A stretch of DNA of 32,000 bases from Bacillus subtilis subsp. subtilis str. 168 (GTDB taxonomy: Bacteria; Bacillota; Bacilli; Bacillales; Bacillaceae). The DNA lies in the NCBI RefSeq assembly GCF_000009045.1, contig NC_000964.3:1950001-1982000 (forward strand), given 5' to 3'. Of this stretch, positions 8,027 to 20,000 are shown one piece after another; position 1 is the first letter of the stretch, and each line of letters begins with the position of its first letter. The position numbers were made by a program, and so were the translations under genes. A model generated the notes under the pieces. That model searched no databases. It was not told the origin of the DNA and saw nothing but the letters and a program-made list of their open reading frames with translations.

Positions 8027-9559
8027 TTATTTTGTTGTTCGTTTGGAAGCTTTGCTTTCGTTATGAAGCCGGTCTGCTGAAGTGACATAATACGTATATT
8101 TCTTGTTGGGATCTGCCGTGTTATCTAAGAAGGTTTGCTGCTCATGTGTTTTTCTTTGCGTTGCCAGCAATGTTCTCTGCTTTTTCCCTTCGGCTCTGTA
8201 TATCGCATAATAGGCTGTTTCTTTCGTTTTTTGATTTGATGGGTGATCTTTAATCTGCAGAAGATTGCCGTTTTTGTCTTCGGTGACTTTCGTAAGCTTC
8301 GGTTTTTTTGGGGCGGTATTGTCAAGCCAAGGCATTTGCGGAACCAGTGCCGGCTTGCTGTAAAGATCGGTGCTGAGACTGTCTTTGATGCCAAGCGGAT
8401 TTTTGTTGAGGTCCTTGAGGCTGAAATGCATGCTTCCTTTCACCAGTTCAAGCTGGCGGTTCAAAGTGATTTGCCGCACATATTCCTCAGGATCGGACCA
8501 AGGCGGATCAAAATTGTTATTGATTTTATATGCTGCCTGGCCAATATATAAGTGAACAGGCCTATTTTTGACTTCATTGCTCCACCAATCAGCCAGCACG
8601 TCGTAAGCCGCTGCGTTAAAGCCGATACTCCAATAAATTTGCGGAGCAATATAATCGATGTCGCCTTCTTGGATCCAATGCCTTGTGTCTGCATATAGAT
8701 CGTCATAATTTCTGACGCCTGCTTTTGTATTCGATCCGGTCGGGTCATCTGCGGCGTTTCTCCATACTCCAAAGGGACTGATGCCGAATTTGACATACGG
8801 TTTTGCAGCTTTAATTGTTTGGTTGATTTGTTTGACAAGCTGGTTCACATTGTCCCGCCGCCAGTCATCGATATTAGAAAAAGCGTCTTTTCCGTATTGT
8901 TCGTACTGTGCTTGATCAGGAAATTCCTGTCCCGCTATTTTATAAGGGTAAAAATAATCATCCATATGAACAGCATCGATATCATAATGTTTTACGACTT
9001 CTTCAATGCCTTTGACGATAAAATCTCTCGCTTCTGGAATGCCTGGATGATAATACAGCTGGTTTCCATAGGCGGCAACCCAATCTGGATGTTTTCTTGC
9101 CGGGTGATCCTCAGACAATTTATTAAGATCTGTATGATTCATTGTAATACGGTAAGGATTAAACCACGCGTGAAATTCCAAATTTCGTTTATGGGTTTCT
9201 TCAATCATAAATGCAAGAGGATCATAGCCGGGGTCCTTCCCTTGGACACCGGTTAAGTATTCCGACCAAGGCCCGTAAGCTGACGGATAAAAGGCATCAG
9301 CCGTCGGTTTAATCTGAACGATAACGGCATTCATTCCCATTTTTTGCACATCGTCCAGCAGTTTGATATACTCCTGTTTTTGCTCTTTCACAGATAACCC
9401 TTTTTTGGACGGCCAATCAATATTTAATACGGAAGCAATCCATACGGCTCTCAGCTCCCTGTCAGACTGCGCATTGGCCATAAACGGAACGGAAATGACA
9501 AACGTTCCGATGATCAAGCTGACAAGGAAACGGACAATCGACTTTTGGCAAACCTTCAT
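8027..9559 (-). CDS. yngK: Secreted glycoside-hydrolase-like family 10 (GHL10/UPF0748) protein, 510 aa
   Basis: Track ORF. N-terminal signal peptide MKVCQKSIVRFLVSLIIGTFVISVPFMANA|QSD with an AXA cleavage site. The body resembles the TIM-barrel GHL10 family (RAVWIASV...DWPS, HAWFNPY). Confidence 0.85.
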   Translation of the reverse strand: MKVCQKSIVRFLVSLIIGTFVISVPFMANAQSDRELRAVWIASVLNIDWPSKKGLSVKEQKQEYIKLLDDVQKMGMNAVIVQIKPTADAFYPSAYGPWSEYLTGVQGKDPGYDPLAFMIEETHKRNLEFHAWFNPYRITMNHTDLNKLSEDHPARKHPDWVAAYGNQLYYHPGIPEARDFIVKGIEEVVKHYDIDAVHMDDYFYPYKIAGQEFPDQAQYEQYGKDAFSNIDDWRRDNVNQLVKQINQTIKAAKPYVKFGISPFGVWRNAADDPTGSNTKAGVRNYDDLYADTRHWIQEGDIDYIAPQIYWSIGFNAAAYDVLADWWSNEVKNRPVHLYIGQAAYKINNNFDPPWSDPEEYVRQITLNRQLELVKGSMHFSLKDLNKNPLGIKDSLSTDLYSKPALVPQMPWLDNTAPKKPKLTKVTEDKNGNLLQIKDHPSNQKTKETAYYAIYRAEGKKQRTLLATQRKTHEQQTFLDNTADPNKKYTYYVTSADRLHNESKASKRTTK

Positions 9560-9662
9560 TCTGTTTCTTCTCCCCCATTACATCACTTTCACTATTCGCT
9601 ATTACGGTATTCCCGGGCTATAAAAGGGTGATTAACAGAATGTCTATCTCACTAAATAAACG

Positions 9663-9706
9663 AAAAAAGTCCTAAAGCATGTTGTGAACCGCTTTTAGGA
9701 CTTTTT
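9663..9706 (-). terminator. Rho-independent terminator overlapping the yngL stop codon
   Basis: Minus-strand RNA is AAAAAGUCCUAAAAGC-(12-nt loop)-GCUUUAGGACUUUUUU. The stem is 10 bp with one bulged A, flanked by an A-run and a U-run, so it looks bidirectional. Confidence 0.7.
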
Positions 9707-10087
9707 ATCATTCATCATGGTTTGCAGACTTTTTAACACATCAATAAGTTTTACGCCGACACCGACAGCCGTTTCAAGGATCGCTTGTGCTCCGGCAATG
9801 GCTAAAATAAAGATCAGCGGTATTGCAATACGAGGCAAAAAAAGATAGCCAAGTCCGATCAAGATGGCACACCAAACACCGGCACACCAGTAGCAATTGA
9901 GCATGTATCCAAAGTTAGAAGCCGGCACGCTTTTTTCATCTACATGCCCGTTTTGATCAACAATCCTTTTCTTTTTCATAAAAGGTTTTCGGATAAATTC
10001 TGTGATTTTGTCAAATACAATCAAATGTGTCAGCCTGTAACTGGCTAGAATCAGCATGATAAAAGTTAGAAAAGAAAGACGGTCCAT
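9695..10087 (-). CDS. yngL: Small integral membrane protein (DUF1360-like), 130 aa
   Basis: Track ORF with three to four hydrophobic segments. SD TTGGAGGC lies 6-7 nt upstream of ATG 10087. Size and position match yngL as I remember it. Confidence 0.8.
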   Translation of the reverse strand: MDRLSFLTFIMLILASYRLTHLIVFDKITEFIRKPFMKKKRIVDQNGHVDEKSVPASNFGYMLNCYWCAGVWCAILIGLGYLFLPRIAIPLIFILAIAGAQAILETAVGVGVKLIDVLKSLQTMMNDKKS

Positions 10088-10151
10088 TGAGAAGCCTCCA
10101 AGAAAAAGGATGATGTTATCATTCCCAAGTGTCCCTTATCCATTCTTGATA

Positions 10152-10189
10152 CAAAAAGAAAGACGGACAGAGAATGGCCTCTGTCCGCT
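10152..10189 (-). terminator. Rho-independent terminator at the end of the pps operon
   Basis: Minus-strand RNA is CGGACAGAG-GCCAUU-CUCUGUCCG followed by UCUUUCUUUUUGU. The 9-bp GC-rich stem pairs 10164-10172 with 10179-10187. It begins about 9 nt after the ppsE stop. Confidence 0.85.
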
Positions 10190-10197
10190 AATCCGCT

Positions 10198-13100
10198 TTA
10201 TCGTTTGTGCAGTATTACTTGATTTGAAGTGATCTTTTCTAAAATGTCGAGGATGATGTCGGCATTCTTTTCAGCATATGTTCCTTCCAGCATGTCTTTA
10301 TGAGCGCCAAAACCCGTGTACTCACTATAGTTTCCGCAGGCGCCTTCCCATTTCGTTAAGCCTGTATGCCCGCTGGTTTCGGGGTGGATTCCAGCTTCGA
10401 TGAAATGAATGCTTGCTTTGATGTGGCCTTCATTCAGCAATTGTGCCCAATATTCCTGATAGTTTCTTTTTTTCTTCATCACCTTTTCTCTGACTGCTTC
10501 AGGCAGATATGCTGCAGATTCGTCATTACCGGTATCGATAGGCAAAGGCTGTTCTTTTAGATAAGCGTCCACGATAATGAAGTCGCTGACTTCTAATCCT
10601 TTGCGCTCCATAGCCTGTGCCACTTCAAAAGCCAGGTTTCCGCCTGCAGAGTAGCCTAATAAAACGTATGGGCCCTCAGGCTGTATGTCCGTCATGCAAT
10701 TAACATATTGTTCAATGCGGGTGTCTTGTTCAATAAAGTGAAACCCGTATACGGCTGCCTTCTCATTCAGCAATAAAGCAAGGTCTTTAAAATAAATGCC
10801 AAATCCCGATATCGGCGGGAAGCAGAAAAGATTTTGCGCGCCGTGCTGGTTCAGTTTGATCACATGCTGTTCATTTGCTGCTGTCAGCTGTTTAGAATAA
10901 AGTTTTTCGGCAAGCTGAGCGATTGTCGGATGTTCGAACAAGAAATCAATCGGTATGTCAATGTTCTGCTGATGTTTTAGTGTATGTATGACTTGCAGTG
11001 CTCTTAGTGAATGTCCGCCAATAGCAAAGAAGTCATCATCAATACTGATTGTGTTAACACCGAGGACTTGCTTCCAAATGTTCGCCAATTCTTCTTCAAC
11101 CAAGTTTCTTGGCAATATGATGTTCTGTCGTTTGGCAGGCTTATTTTCTGGAATAGGCAGCGCGCTGCGGTCTATTTTTCCGTTTCCGGTAAGCGGCATC
11201 CGCTCCACACGCACCCAGTGCTGCGGGATCATATAGTCTGGAAGCACACGCGCCAAATCGGCGCGAAAATCCGTATCTGTTTTTTTGTGATCACCGACGT
11301 AATGAGTGTACAGCTGCGCCTCTCCATCTTTTTCTCTCAATGTCACTGCTGCTTCTTGAACGCCTTCCATTTCTAACAGGCGCGCTTCTATTTCGGCAGG
11401 CTCAATTCGTTTTCCGCGGATTTTCATTTGCCTGTCAATTCTGCTGATGTATTCTAAGTTTCCATCAGGCAGCCAGCGCGCCAAATCACCAGTACGGTAT
11501 ATTCTTTCTCCAGGCAAGAAAGGATGAGGAGAAAACACAGCATTTGTCAGATCTACTCTGTTCAAATAGCCTTTAGCGACTCCATCACCGCCAACACAAA
11601 GCTCGCCGGGAACGCCTATTGGCAAAAGACGTCCTTTTGTATCTAAGATGTAAGCGGTGCTATTACTGATTGGTTTTCCAATCGGAATCGGCCCCGCATA
11701 GTCTCTCTTCATTTCAAAAAAGGTTGAAAAAGTCGTGTTTTCCGTTGGCCCGTAAATATTATGAAGCGCGAGATCTGGACAGGCGTGTCTGACGGCATTC
11801 ATCAGGGCAGGAGAGAGTGCTTCTCCTCCGACATATAACGTATGGAGTCCGCGAAACATGTCAGCTCGTACCTGTGCCAGCTGATTAAAAAGAGCTGTCG
11901 TTAAAAATAGCACTGTAATGTCATTTTCAAGCAAATACGCTCCAAACCGATCAGGTGTCAGCATTGTCGATTTATCAATGATATGAAGGCTTGCGCCATT
12001 TAAAAGTGCCCCGAACATTTCAAAGGTGACGGCGTCAAAGCTGATAGATCCAGTCATAATAAACCGGTCATCACCGGACGCAGACGTGTAATTGCTGTTT
12101 CTGACAAGGGACACGACATTGCGATTCGTGATCATGACCCCTTTCGGCCGGCCTGTTGATCCTGAGGTATACATGATGTACGCAAGATCATCCGGGCTGG
12201 AGCTGATATTAATAGGGATATCGTTCTCTTCCATCAATCCCTGCGCATCTGAAATGATACATGTTCCTGAGAACGCAGCGTTTTGCTCCAATCCCTTTTG
12301 AACAATCAGCATTTTTGCCTGCGTTTCCTCAAGCATAAAGCTGACTCGTTCAGGCGGAAGCTCCGCATCAAGCGGGAGGTATGCTCCCCCTGCTTTTAAT
12401 ACGGCAAGCACACTGATCATGAATTCGGGAGAATGTGCAGCCAATATTCCGGCTGTCTCGTTTTTCCGAAATCCCTTTTGAATTAACTCTCTGGCGAGCG
12501 CATTAGAGCGTTTATCAAGCTCTTTATACGAAATAGACATATTGCCATACACAAGTGCGGTATGGTCTGGCGTCTTTTCTGCTTGTTCGCGAAATAAATC
12601 GATAATTGTATGATTCTTTGGATACTCCGTTTTTGTATTGTTGAACTGTGTGACAATCTGCTCTTTTTCTGTTGCATCAAGAAAAGAAAAATCAGCAATT
12701 GGCATATGAGGGTGCTGTGCAGCTGTGCTAAGCGCTTGCGTAAATTGCCTCTTGATACAGCTGATCCAGGCAGCATCGTAAACGAATGCATTATAGCTGA
12801 ACTTGATGACAAGCTCTTCGCCAGGAGCAACGACAAGATTAAAGTTATATCCTGATTGCTCGGATACTTGAACTTGATCGATTTGCAGCGGTGAATCGGT
12901 TTGATCAGCGGAATCGGCGATTTTCTGCTGTAACGGATAGTTTTCAAAGACGATAATGTGATCAATCAGTTCCTGTTTTAATGCGGTGTTTGCCTGAATA
13001 TCAAATAAAGGCTGGCAGGTAAACGGCTCAGCTTCCAGCATTTCTTTCTGGCAGCGTATGAGCAGCTCGTGAAACGTTTCGTCTTGGTGTGTTTTAATTC

Positions 13101-14037
13101 GAATCGGTATGGTATTGATAAACAACCCTATCATTTGCTCCACGCCTGGGATTTCTGACGGTCTTCCTGATACAACTGCGCCAAACACAACGTCGTCTGT
13201 GCGGTTATATTGCTGCAGCATCACACCCCAGACTGCCTGAATAAGGGTAGCGAGCGTGACGCCGTGTTGTTTGGCAGTCTCTTTCAGCTTGTCTGTCAGT
13301 GGTTTATTTAATGAAAATATCAAATCTTCACGGTGATAACTTTCTTTTGTTTCTTTATCAGACACACGAGGCAGAGGTGATGGAGCGCTGTAGTTTTTTA
13401 AATAGGTATCCCAGTAGGCCGCTGCTTTTTCTTTGTCTCGGTTTGTCAGCCATGAAATATAGGTGCTGTACGGACGGACAGGGTCTAATGAAAGCGGTTT
13501 TCCTGCATGAATCGATTGATAAATTTGCATAAATTCCTGCATAACGATACCTAGGCACCATCCGTCCATTAAAATGTGATGGTGACTCCAGATACAGACA
13601 TGCTCATCTTTAGCTGTTTTGAATAGAGAAATCCGCATCAGCATGTCTTTTTGCAGATCAAAGCCTTTTTGCTTGTCCTTCTCTTTAAAGCGTTCAATAT
13701 ACTCATTCTGGTCGTTTGTCGGCAGATGAGAAATGTCTTCGCTGTTCAAATGGAATTCACGTTCTGTCATCACGACTTGCCGAGGTCCCGACAAATGCGG
13801 GACGTGCGGCAAAAACACGGTTCTGAAAATATCATGGCGGTCGATAATGGCTTGAATGCTGCGCTGGAACCAGTCATAGCTGAGGCTTCCTTTAATGGTG
13901 AAGAGCGACTGCTCAACATACGCCCCCTCCTCTTTACGGAGGAAGGAATGAAACAGCATCCCTTCCTGCATATGACTCAGAGGATAAATGTTCTTGATTT
14001 TTTTAATGGTATTCATAGTGTCTGCACCTTTCTTCAC
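10198..14037 (-). CDS. ppsE: Plipastatin/fengycin synthetase subunit E, one module C-A(Ile)-T-TE (1279 aa from GTG 14037; 1272 aa from ATG 14016)
   Basis: Track ORF with a full NRPS motif set (see domain features). GTG 14037 has no SD. ATG 14016 has AAAGGTG 8 nt upstream and gives an N-terminus colinear with ppsD. Confidence 0.95.
10213..10845 (-). other. ppsE: ppsE thioesterase (TE) domain, chain release/macrolactonisation
   Basis: GYSAGG nucleophile elbow, with the Ser codon at 10648-10650. Downstream are IIVDAY (Asp) and GAHKDML (His) candidates for the catalytic triad. Confidence 0.85.
10897..11115 (-). other. ppsE: ppsE thiolation (PCP) domain
   Basis: FFAIGGHSL, with the phosphopantetheinyl Ser codon at 11008-11010. 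Confidence 0.85.
11158..12606 (-). other. ppsE: ppsE adenylation domain, Ile-specific (boundaries approximate)
   Basis: Core A3 [11 protein letters not shown] at 12139-12171. The 10-residue code, read by alignment to GrsA numbering, is DAFFYGITFK, the known Ile code. A10 is NGKIDR. Confidence 0.85.
12673..13995 (-). other. ppsE: ppsE condensation domain, DCL-type (boundaries approximate)
   Basis: [15 protein letters not shown]-terminal motif. HHHILMDG is encoded at 13561-13584. It follows the E domain of ppsD. Confidence 0.85.
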
Positions 14038-14044
14038 GGATTCA

Positions 14045-17000
14045 TTAGTGAAAACTGAGCATATCAGCGATCTCTTGCAGGGCGTCCTCGGTCAGTTCTT
14101 GATCATCAAAATCACTGATCGTCTTTTCTGTTTCGCTTTTGTTCTGGCAGTGTTCGATCAGCTGTAATAAAAATTGACGGCATGTTTCGCTAAGCTGTTC
14201 GATGGTTTTGCGCTGAAAGCGGGCATTGTCATAAGTCATATTGACAGTCAATTTTCCTTCTGCAGCGATTGCGCTGATATCCAGCGACTGTTCACGGTTC
14301 CATGTTGTGCTGATATCACCTCCGGCACCCAGCGGAGAGAATGAGAAGGCGTCCTCCTCAGGTACTTCAGCTGTGCGGCCGCTTTCAAATTGACCAAGAT
14401 AATTAAAGCTGATTTCTGGTGCACCTGTGAAATTGATGTCTTTTTTGCCAGGCGGAGTCAAATATTTGATGACACCGTAGCCGAATCCTTTGTCAGGTAC
14501 ACGTCTCAGTGTATCTTTTGTTGTTTTTAGCACATGAACCATGCTTTCTTCCGAATCTGGCAAGTCTGCGTTCAGTTTAATCAATAACGGATAAATGGCG
14601 GTAAACCATCCAATCGTCCGGCTCACATCTATTCCTTTTAATACATCCTCTCGCCCGTGGCCCTCTAATGATAGTTTGAAGGCGGATTGATTGGTCCAAT
14701 GGCGCAGCGCAAGAATGACAGAAGCGAGCAGCATGTCCTGCGTATCAGTGTTATATGCGCTGTTGGCGTCTTTTAAGAGTGCTGCTGTCTCTTTATCGTT
14801 TAAGGTAAACGAAATTGTGGACCGTTGTCCCTCGTGTGCTCTAGTTCCATCGATTTGATCAAAAGGCAATGCCTCTGTTTGATACTCTTCGGCTTCGCGC
14901 CAATACTTGAGCTGTTTCATTAGCTGCTGGCTTTCAGCGTAGTCAGAGAGCTTTTTCGCATACGCTTTAAACGAGCTTGTTTTAGGCGGCAGTTTGATAT
15001 CCTCCCCGCCAGCAGCTTGGCGATACCCTAAAGCCAAATCTTCAAGCAGAACCCGCCATGAGATGCCGTCAACGACGAGGTGATGAGCAGATAAAAATAA
15101 GAAATCACCGTCAATTGTGTGGAAAAGACCGGCTTGCAGCAGCGGACCATTCTTCAAATCCATTTTCTGCTGAATATCAAGTACATGGCGCTTGATAAGA
15201 GGTTCATACGGTCTATTTCCATCAGTGCCGTCCGGAGCTGACAAATCAATCATCTGAAGGCCGTACAACGCGTCGTCCGAATGACTGAGCGGCCGATTAT
15301 ATTGATCCCACTTTCCTTGTTCATTCTGTGTAAACACCATTCGCAGCGCATCATGATGACACGTTATTGCTTTTAACGTTTTTCGCAGTGCGTCTTCTTG
15401 TACAGAGGTGCTTCGATGCAGCATTACGGACTGATTAAAATGGTGTTTTTCTTTTATATCTTGAGAAAGAAACCATTTTTGAACAGGCGACCATTGTACG
15501 TCTCCCTCAACCGCAGCTTGGCTGGAACTTGTATCTGAATCACGGATATAAGCTGCCAATTCTTGAATGGTCGGATGGCTAAACAAATCTTTCACTGCCA
15601 TTTGCTTGCCTATCCGGTGAAGCCGCGCAGATACCTGTAACGCTTTGATTGAATCTCCGCCAAGTTCAAAGAACGAATCAGCTGTTCCGATCTTTTCTGC
15701 CCCCAGTACTTCTTTCCATATATCTGCCAGTATTTGTTCCATTTTGCTGGATGGCGGGAGGAATGGACGTTCACCTTCGTGGTTGTATACAGGTTTTGGA
15801 AGTGCTCCGCGATCCAGCTTGCCGTTTGGTGACAATGGAAGTGAGTCCAGTTTTTCAATAAACGCAGGGTGCATAAACACCGGCAGCTTGTTTTGTAATT
15901 CTGAGCGTACAGCATTTGTGCTCAACCCTGGTTTTGTCACCACATAAGCGCTTAATTCGGTTTGTCCTGACGCTGTTACATGAGCAACTACTGCGGCGTC
16001 TTTTACACCCTTTATACACCGGATGACCGATTCAATTTCTTTCGTTTCTACACGGTATCCTCTGATTTTGACTTGATCATCGATTCTTCCGAGATATTCG
16101 AGTGTACCGTCGGCCATCCATCTGGCGGCGTCTCCTGTTCGGTACATTCGTGCTTCGGGTTTAAATGGATTCTGCGTGAATGCTCTCTCTGTCAGTTCTG
16201 GAAGATTAACGTACCCTCTTGCAAGCCCTGTTCCTGCTATACAAAGCTCTCCCGCAACACCGATTGGCTGAAGCTGATGATTGCTATTTAAAATCAGCAC
16301 TTGAGTTCCGTCAATCGGCTGGCCGATGCTTACGTATGCCTGCTTTTCCATATGTCTCATGACGGTAGTCGCCACGCTGTTTTCTGTCGGTCCATATTCG
16401 TTGGCGAGTTCGGTATGCGGACATATAGCTAAGCTGCGGGCGATCAATTCGCGGTCAGCCGCTTCTCCCGCCAGTGTGACGACTCTAAGCGTCTTTACAT
16501 CTTCCGGCTGCACTACGTCCAAAAGCGCTCGATATAAAACAGGCACAATAATCATATGTGTAATCCGTTGACGAGACAGCTGATGCTTAATGGCCAGAAT
16601 ATCCTTCGCTTCCTCTTCATGAAGCAAAACGGCTTTTGCACCTGACAAAAGCGGTGTAAACATACTAGTTATAAAGCCGTCAAATGAGAAAGAAAAGAGC
16701 TGCAGAATGGTATCTGTCTCGTTGAATGCATAAGCGTTTCGCCGCCACTGAAGAGTGTTAGCAATCCCTTTATGCTCGACCATTACCCCTTTTGGACGGC
16801 CCGTCGTTCCTGAAGTATAAATGATATAAGCCAAATGATGGGCAGACGACATTTGCGGCAGCGGCGATTTGTCGTCTTCCTCTACGCTTTCTATCGTCAA
16901 GATCTCTCCTTCAAAGTCAGCAAGTACTCCCAGATCCGCTTCATTTATTGTCATCAGCAGTTTCGTTCCGCTGTCGCTGAGGATATAGCGTTTCCGTTCT

Positions 17001-20000
17001 TTCGGGTATTCAGGATCAATGGGAACGTAACAGCCTCCGGCTTTCCACACACCAAGTATGGATGCTATCATACTGAACGAACGATGCATCATGATGCCTA
17101 CTGGTGTGTCCGGCTTAACACCTCGGCTGCGCAATGCACGTGCGATTCCATTGGACCACTCGTCAAGCTCCTGATAAGTGAGTGTTTTGTCTCCGCTGAC
17201 AAGTGCAGAAGCTTTTGGTGTTCGTGCAGCTTGCTGCTCAAACAATTGACTGATTGTTTGAACTCCGTATTGATTCGCTTGCCCGGTGTTAAACTCATTA
17301 AGCAGCTGGTGCCGCTCTTCTTGGGTCAGGATGTCGATATGGTTGAGTGTCACCTTCGGGTTTTTGCCGATGATGCTAAGTACATTTGTTAAATGCGATG
17401 CCCAGCGTTCAATGGTGGTTTTCTCGAACAATGCGGTTGAATATTCAAAAAGGAAATGAATGTTTCCGTCGCCCTCAGATGCCTGTAGTGTCAAATCGAA
17501 TTTAGAAACGAGATGAGAAACTTGTGCCGGCTTCATTTGCAAATCATGAAGATGCAATGGCTCGTAATCATTATTTTGAACAACTAACATCGCATCAAAC
17601 ACTGGGTTCCGGCTCATATCTCGTGTCAATTCAAGCTTATCGACAAGCTCTTCGAACGGGTAATTCTGGTGCTCAAAGGCTTCCAATGCTGTCTCACGCA
17701 CTTCCTGCAAATACTGTACGAATGGCTTCCCGCCCTCCGGGCGCGTCCGAAGCGCCAGCGTGTTCACAAACATGCCGAGTATCGGCTCAAGATCCTTGTG
17801 CGGCCGGCCGGCGATTGGCGAGCCGACGATGATATCTTCCTGTCCGCTTAAGCGTGACAAGAACGCGGTGTAAGCCGCAAGGAGCACCATGTACAGTGTG
17901 CTTCCGTTTTCTCGTGCCAGCTTGTGAAGGCCTGATGCAACCTCTGGTTCCAGCGTAAATGAGACCTTGTCACCCGCGAAGCTTCGCACCGGCGGGCGGG
18001 CATGATCAGCGGGGAGATCCAGCACAGGCAGCTCGCCCTCGAGCTGCTTCAGCCAGTACGCCTCCTGCATTTTGTACGCGTCTCCTGTTTTGAATCCTTC
18101 TTGCCATACGGCATAATCTTTATATTGAATGCGCAGCGCCGGAAGCTTCCGATTATTGTACAGCTCGCCGAATTCTTGAATCAGAATGTTGACGGAAACA
18201 CCGTCTGAAATGATGTGATGCATATCAACCAGCAATAGGTGCCGCTCATCTGATACCTTTACGATTTGGGCACGGAACAGCGGCGCTTGGCTGAGATCAA
18301 ACGGTTTGATAAATGCGGCTGCGGCCTCCTGTTCGGTTCGTGCGCCGAGAACTGTAGTCTGTAACGTAAACGGCACCTCGTCATGGATGCGCTGCACCGG
18401 ATCGCCTCCTTCGTCCTGTTCGAAGGAGGTTCGAAGCGACTCGTGGCGCTTGATCAGCTCTTGGAAAGCTCTGTCCATCCTTTCAGGGTTGAGCTTCCCT
18501 TCGAGCTCTAACACAGCCGGCATATTGTAGCCTGTCCCTCCGTCCTCCAGCTGCTGAAGGACATAAATCCGCTTTTGGGCAGAGGAAACCGGATAGGTTT
18601 CCTGTTTTTCAGCGGGCTTAATCGCTTCATATGGACTGTCCGTTCCTTCACGGATAACGGTAGCCAGTCCTTCTACCGTCGGATGGGCAAACACATCTTT
18701 TAGCGGCACCTGTACATCGAATTCTTTGGTGATCCGTGAGACAAGCGCCGTTGCTTTTAAGGAATGTCCCCCGCGGTCAAAAAAGTTGTCGTGAATCCCG
18801 ACAGGGCCATTTTTCAGCACGTCCTCCCACAGCTGAGAAAGCTTCATCTCAGTCACGTTTCTCGGCGCTGTGTAGGTCTCCGCATCTGCCGCTCCGCCAG
18901 GAGCTGGCAGGGCGTTTCGGTCGAGCTTTCCGCTTGGCGTAACCGGCCACTGTTCCATCTCTATCATATAGGCTGGGACCATGTAGCCCGGCAACAGTCT
19001 CTCAAGCTGCGCTCGGACTTCGTTTCTTTGGAGCCCTTCTACATAAGCGCATAATTCCGGCTCCCCGCTGTCTGTCCGTACGGTAACGGCCGCCTCTCTT
19101 ACACCTTCTATACTTCTTAGTGCCGCTTCAATTTCTCCCGGCTCAATCCGGTAGCCGCGGATTTTCACCTGATCATCCGTGCGCCCGAGGAATTCAACAT
19201 TCCCGTCAGGGAGCCAGCGCGCCACATCCCCGGTTTTGTACATGCGTTCACCCGGGTAAAACGGGTCTTCAAGAAAACGCTCCTCCGTTAATGCCGGCCG
19301 ATTCAAATAACCTCTGGCAACACCCGCTCCGGCTATGTACAGTTCGCCGATACATCCAACAGGCAGCATCCGCTGATTCTGATTCAGGAGATATAATCTG
19401 ACATGATGAACAGGTTTTCCAATTGGGATCCGTTCAAGTTTTTCATGCGGCGGACAATCAAAGAATGCAGCTTCTACGGTTGCTTCCGTTGGCCCATAGG
19501 AATTGGTTATTGAAACATTTGGAAGCAACTCGTAAAATCGGGAGACAAGATGGGTCCCCAGCTGTTCTCCCCCAGAAAACACTCGCTTGAGTCTGTTTGT
19601 CTTAATCGGTACAGAGCGATATTTTATATGTTCTAAAAATGCATGGAGCATTGAAGGCACAAAATGCATAGCTGTGATCTTTTGTTCTTCTATGGCCTTC
19701 GCGATCACTTCAGGTTCTTTTTCGCCTCCCTGAGGAAGCAGATAAACAGAAGCTCCGGCATAAGGCCACCAAAACAGCTCCCATATTGAAGCATCGAATG
19801 AATATGATGTTTTGTGCATAATCATATCTGAATGCTTTAGCTGATAGCGGGACTGTAGGGAATTCAAAAAATTCACCGCTGATCGATGTTCAATTTCAAC
19901 ACCCTTAGGCATCCCGGTAGAGCCGGATGTATAGATGACATAGGCTAAAGATTGCGGGAGAACATCCACATTCGGATTGGACAAACGATGTGCCAGTCCG

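Noticed and set aside
10113-10142. A possible sigma-A promoter for yngL (TGGATA, 18 nt, extended TG-n-TAACAT). I also attempted promoter calls upstream of yngJ (7391-7450), yngK (9560-9662) and the small ORF (7920-7989).
   Set aside because: Each hexamer matches only 4 of 6 positions, spacing is non-optimal, and the DNA is AT-rich, where such matches arise by chance. This is not strong enough to report as a feature without 5'-end mapping.
12483-12965. A 160-aa minus-strand ORF and other out-of-frame same-strand ORFs (e.g. 24156-24536, 15610-15915, 8461-8838).
   Set aside because: These are alternative frames of ppsE, ppsD or yngK. They have no independent start signals or recognisable domains, and the overlapping main frames carry complete conserved motifs.
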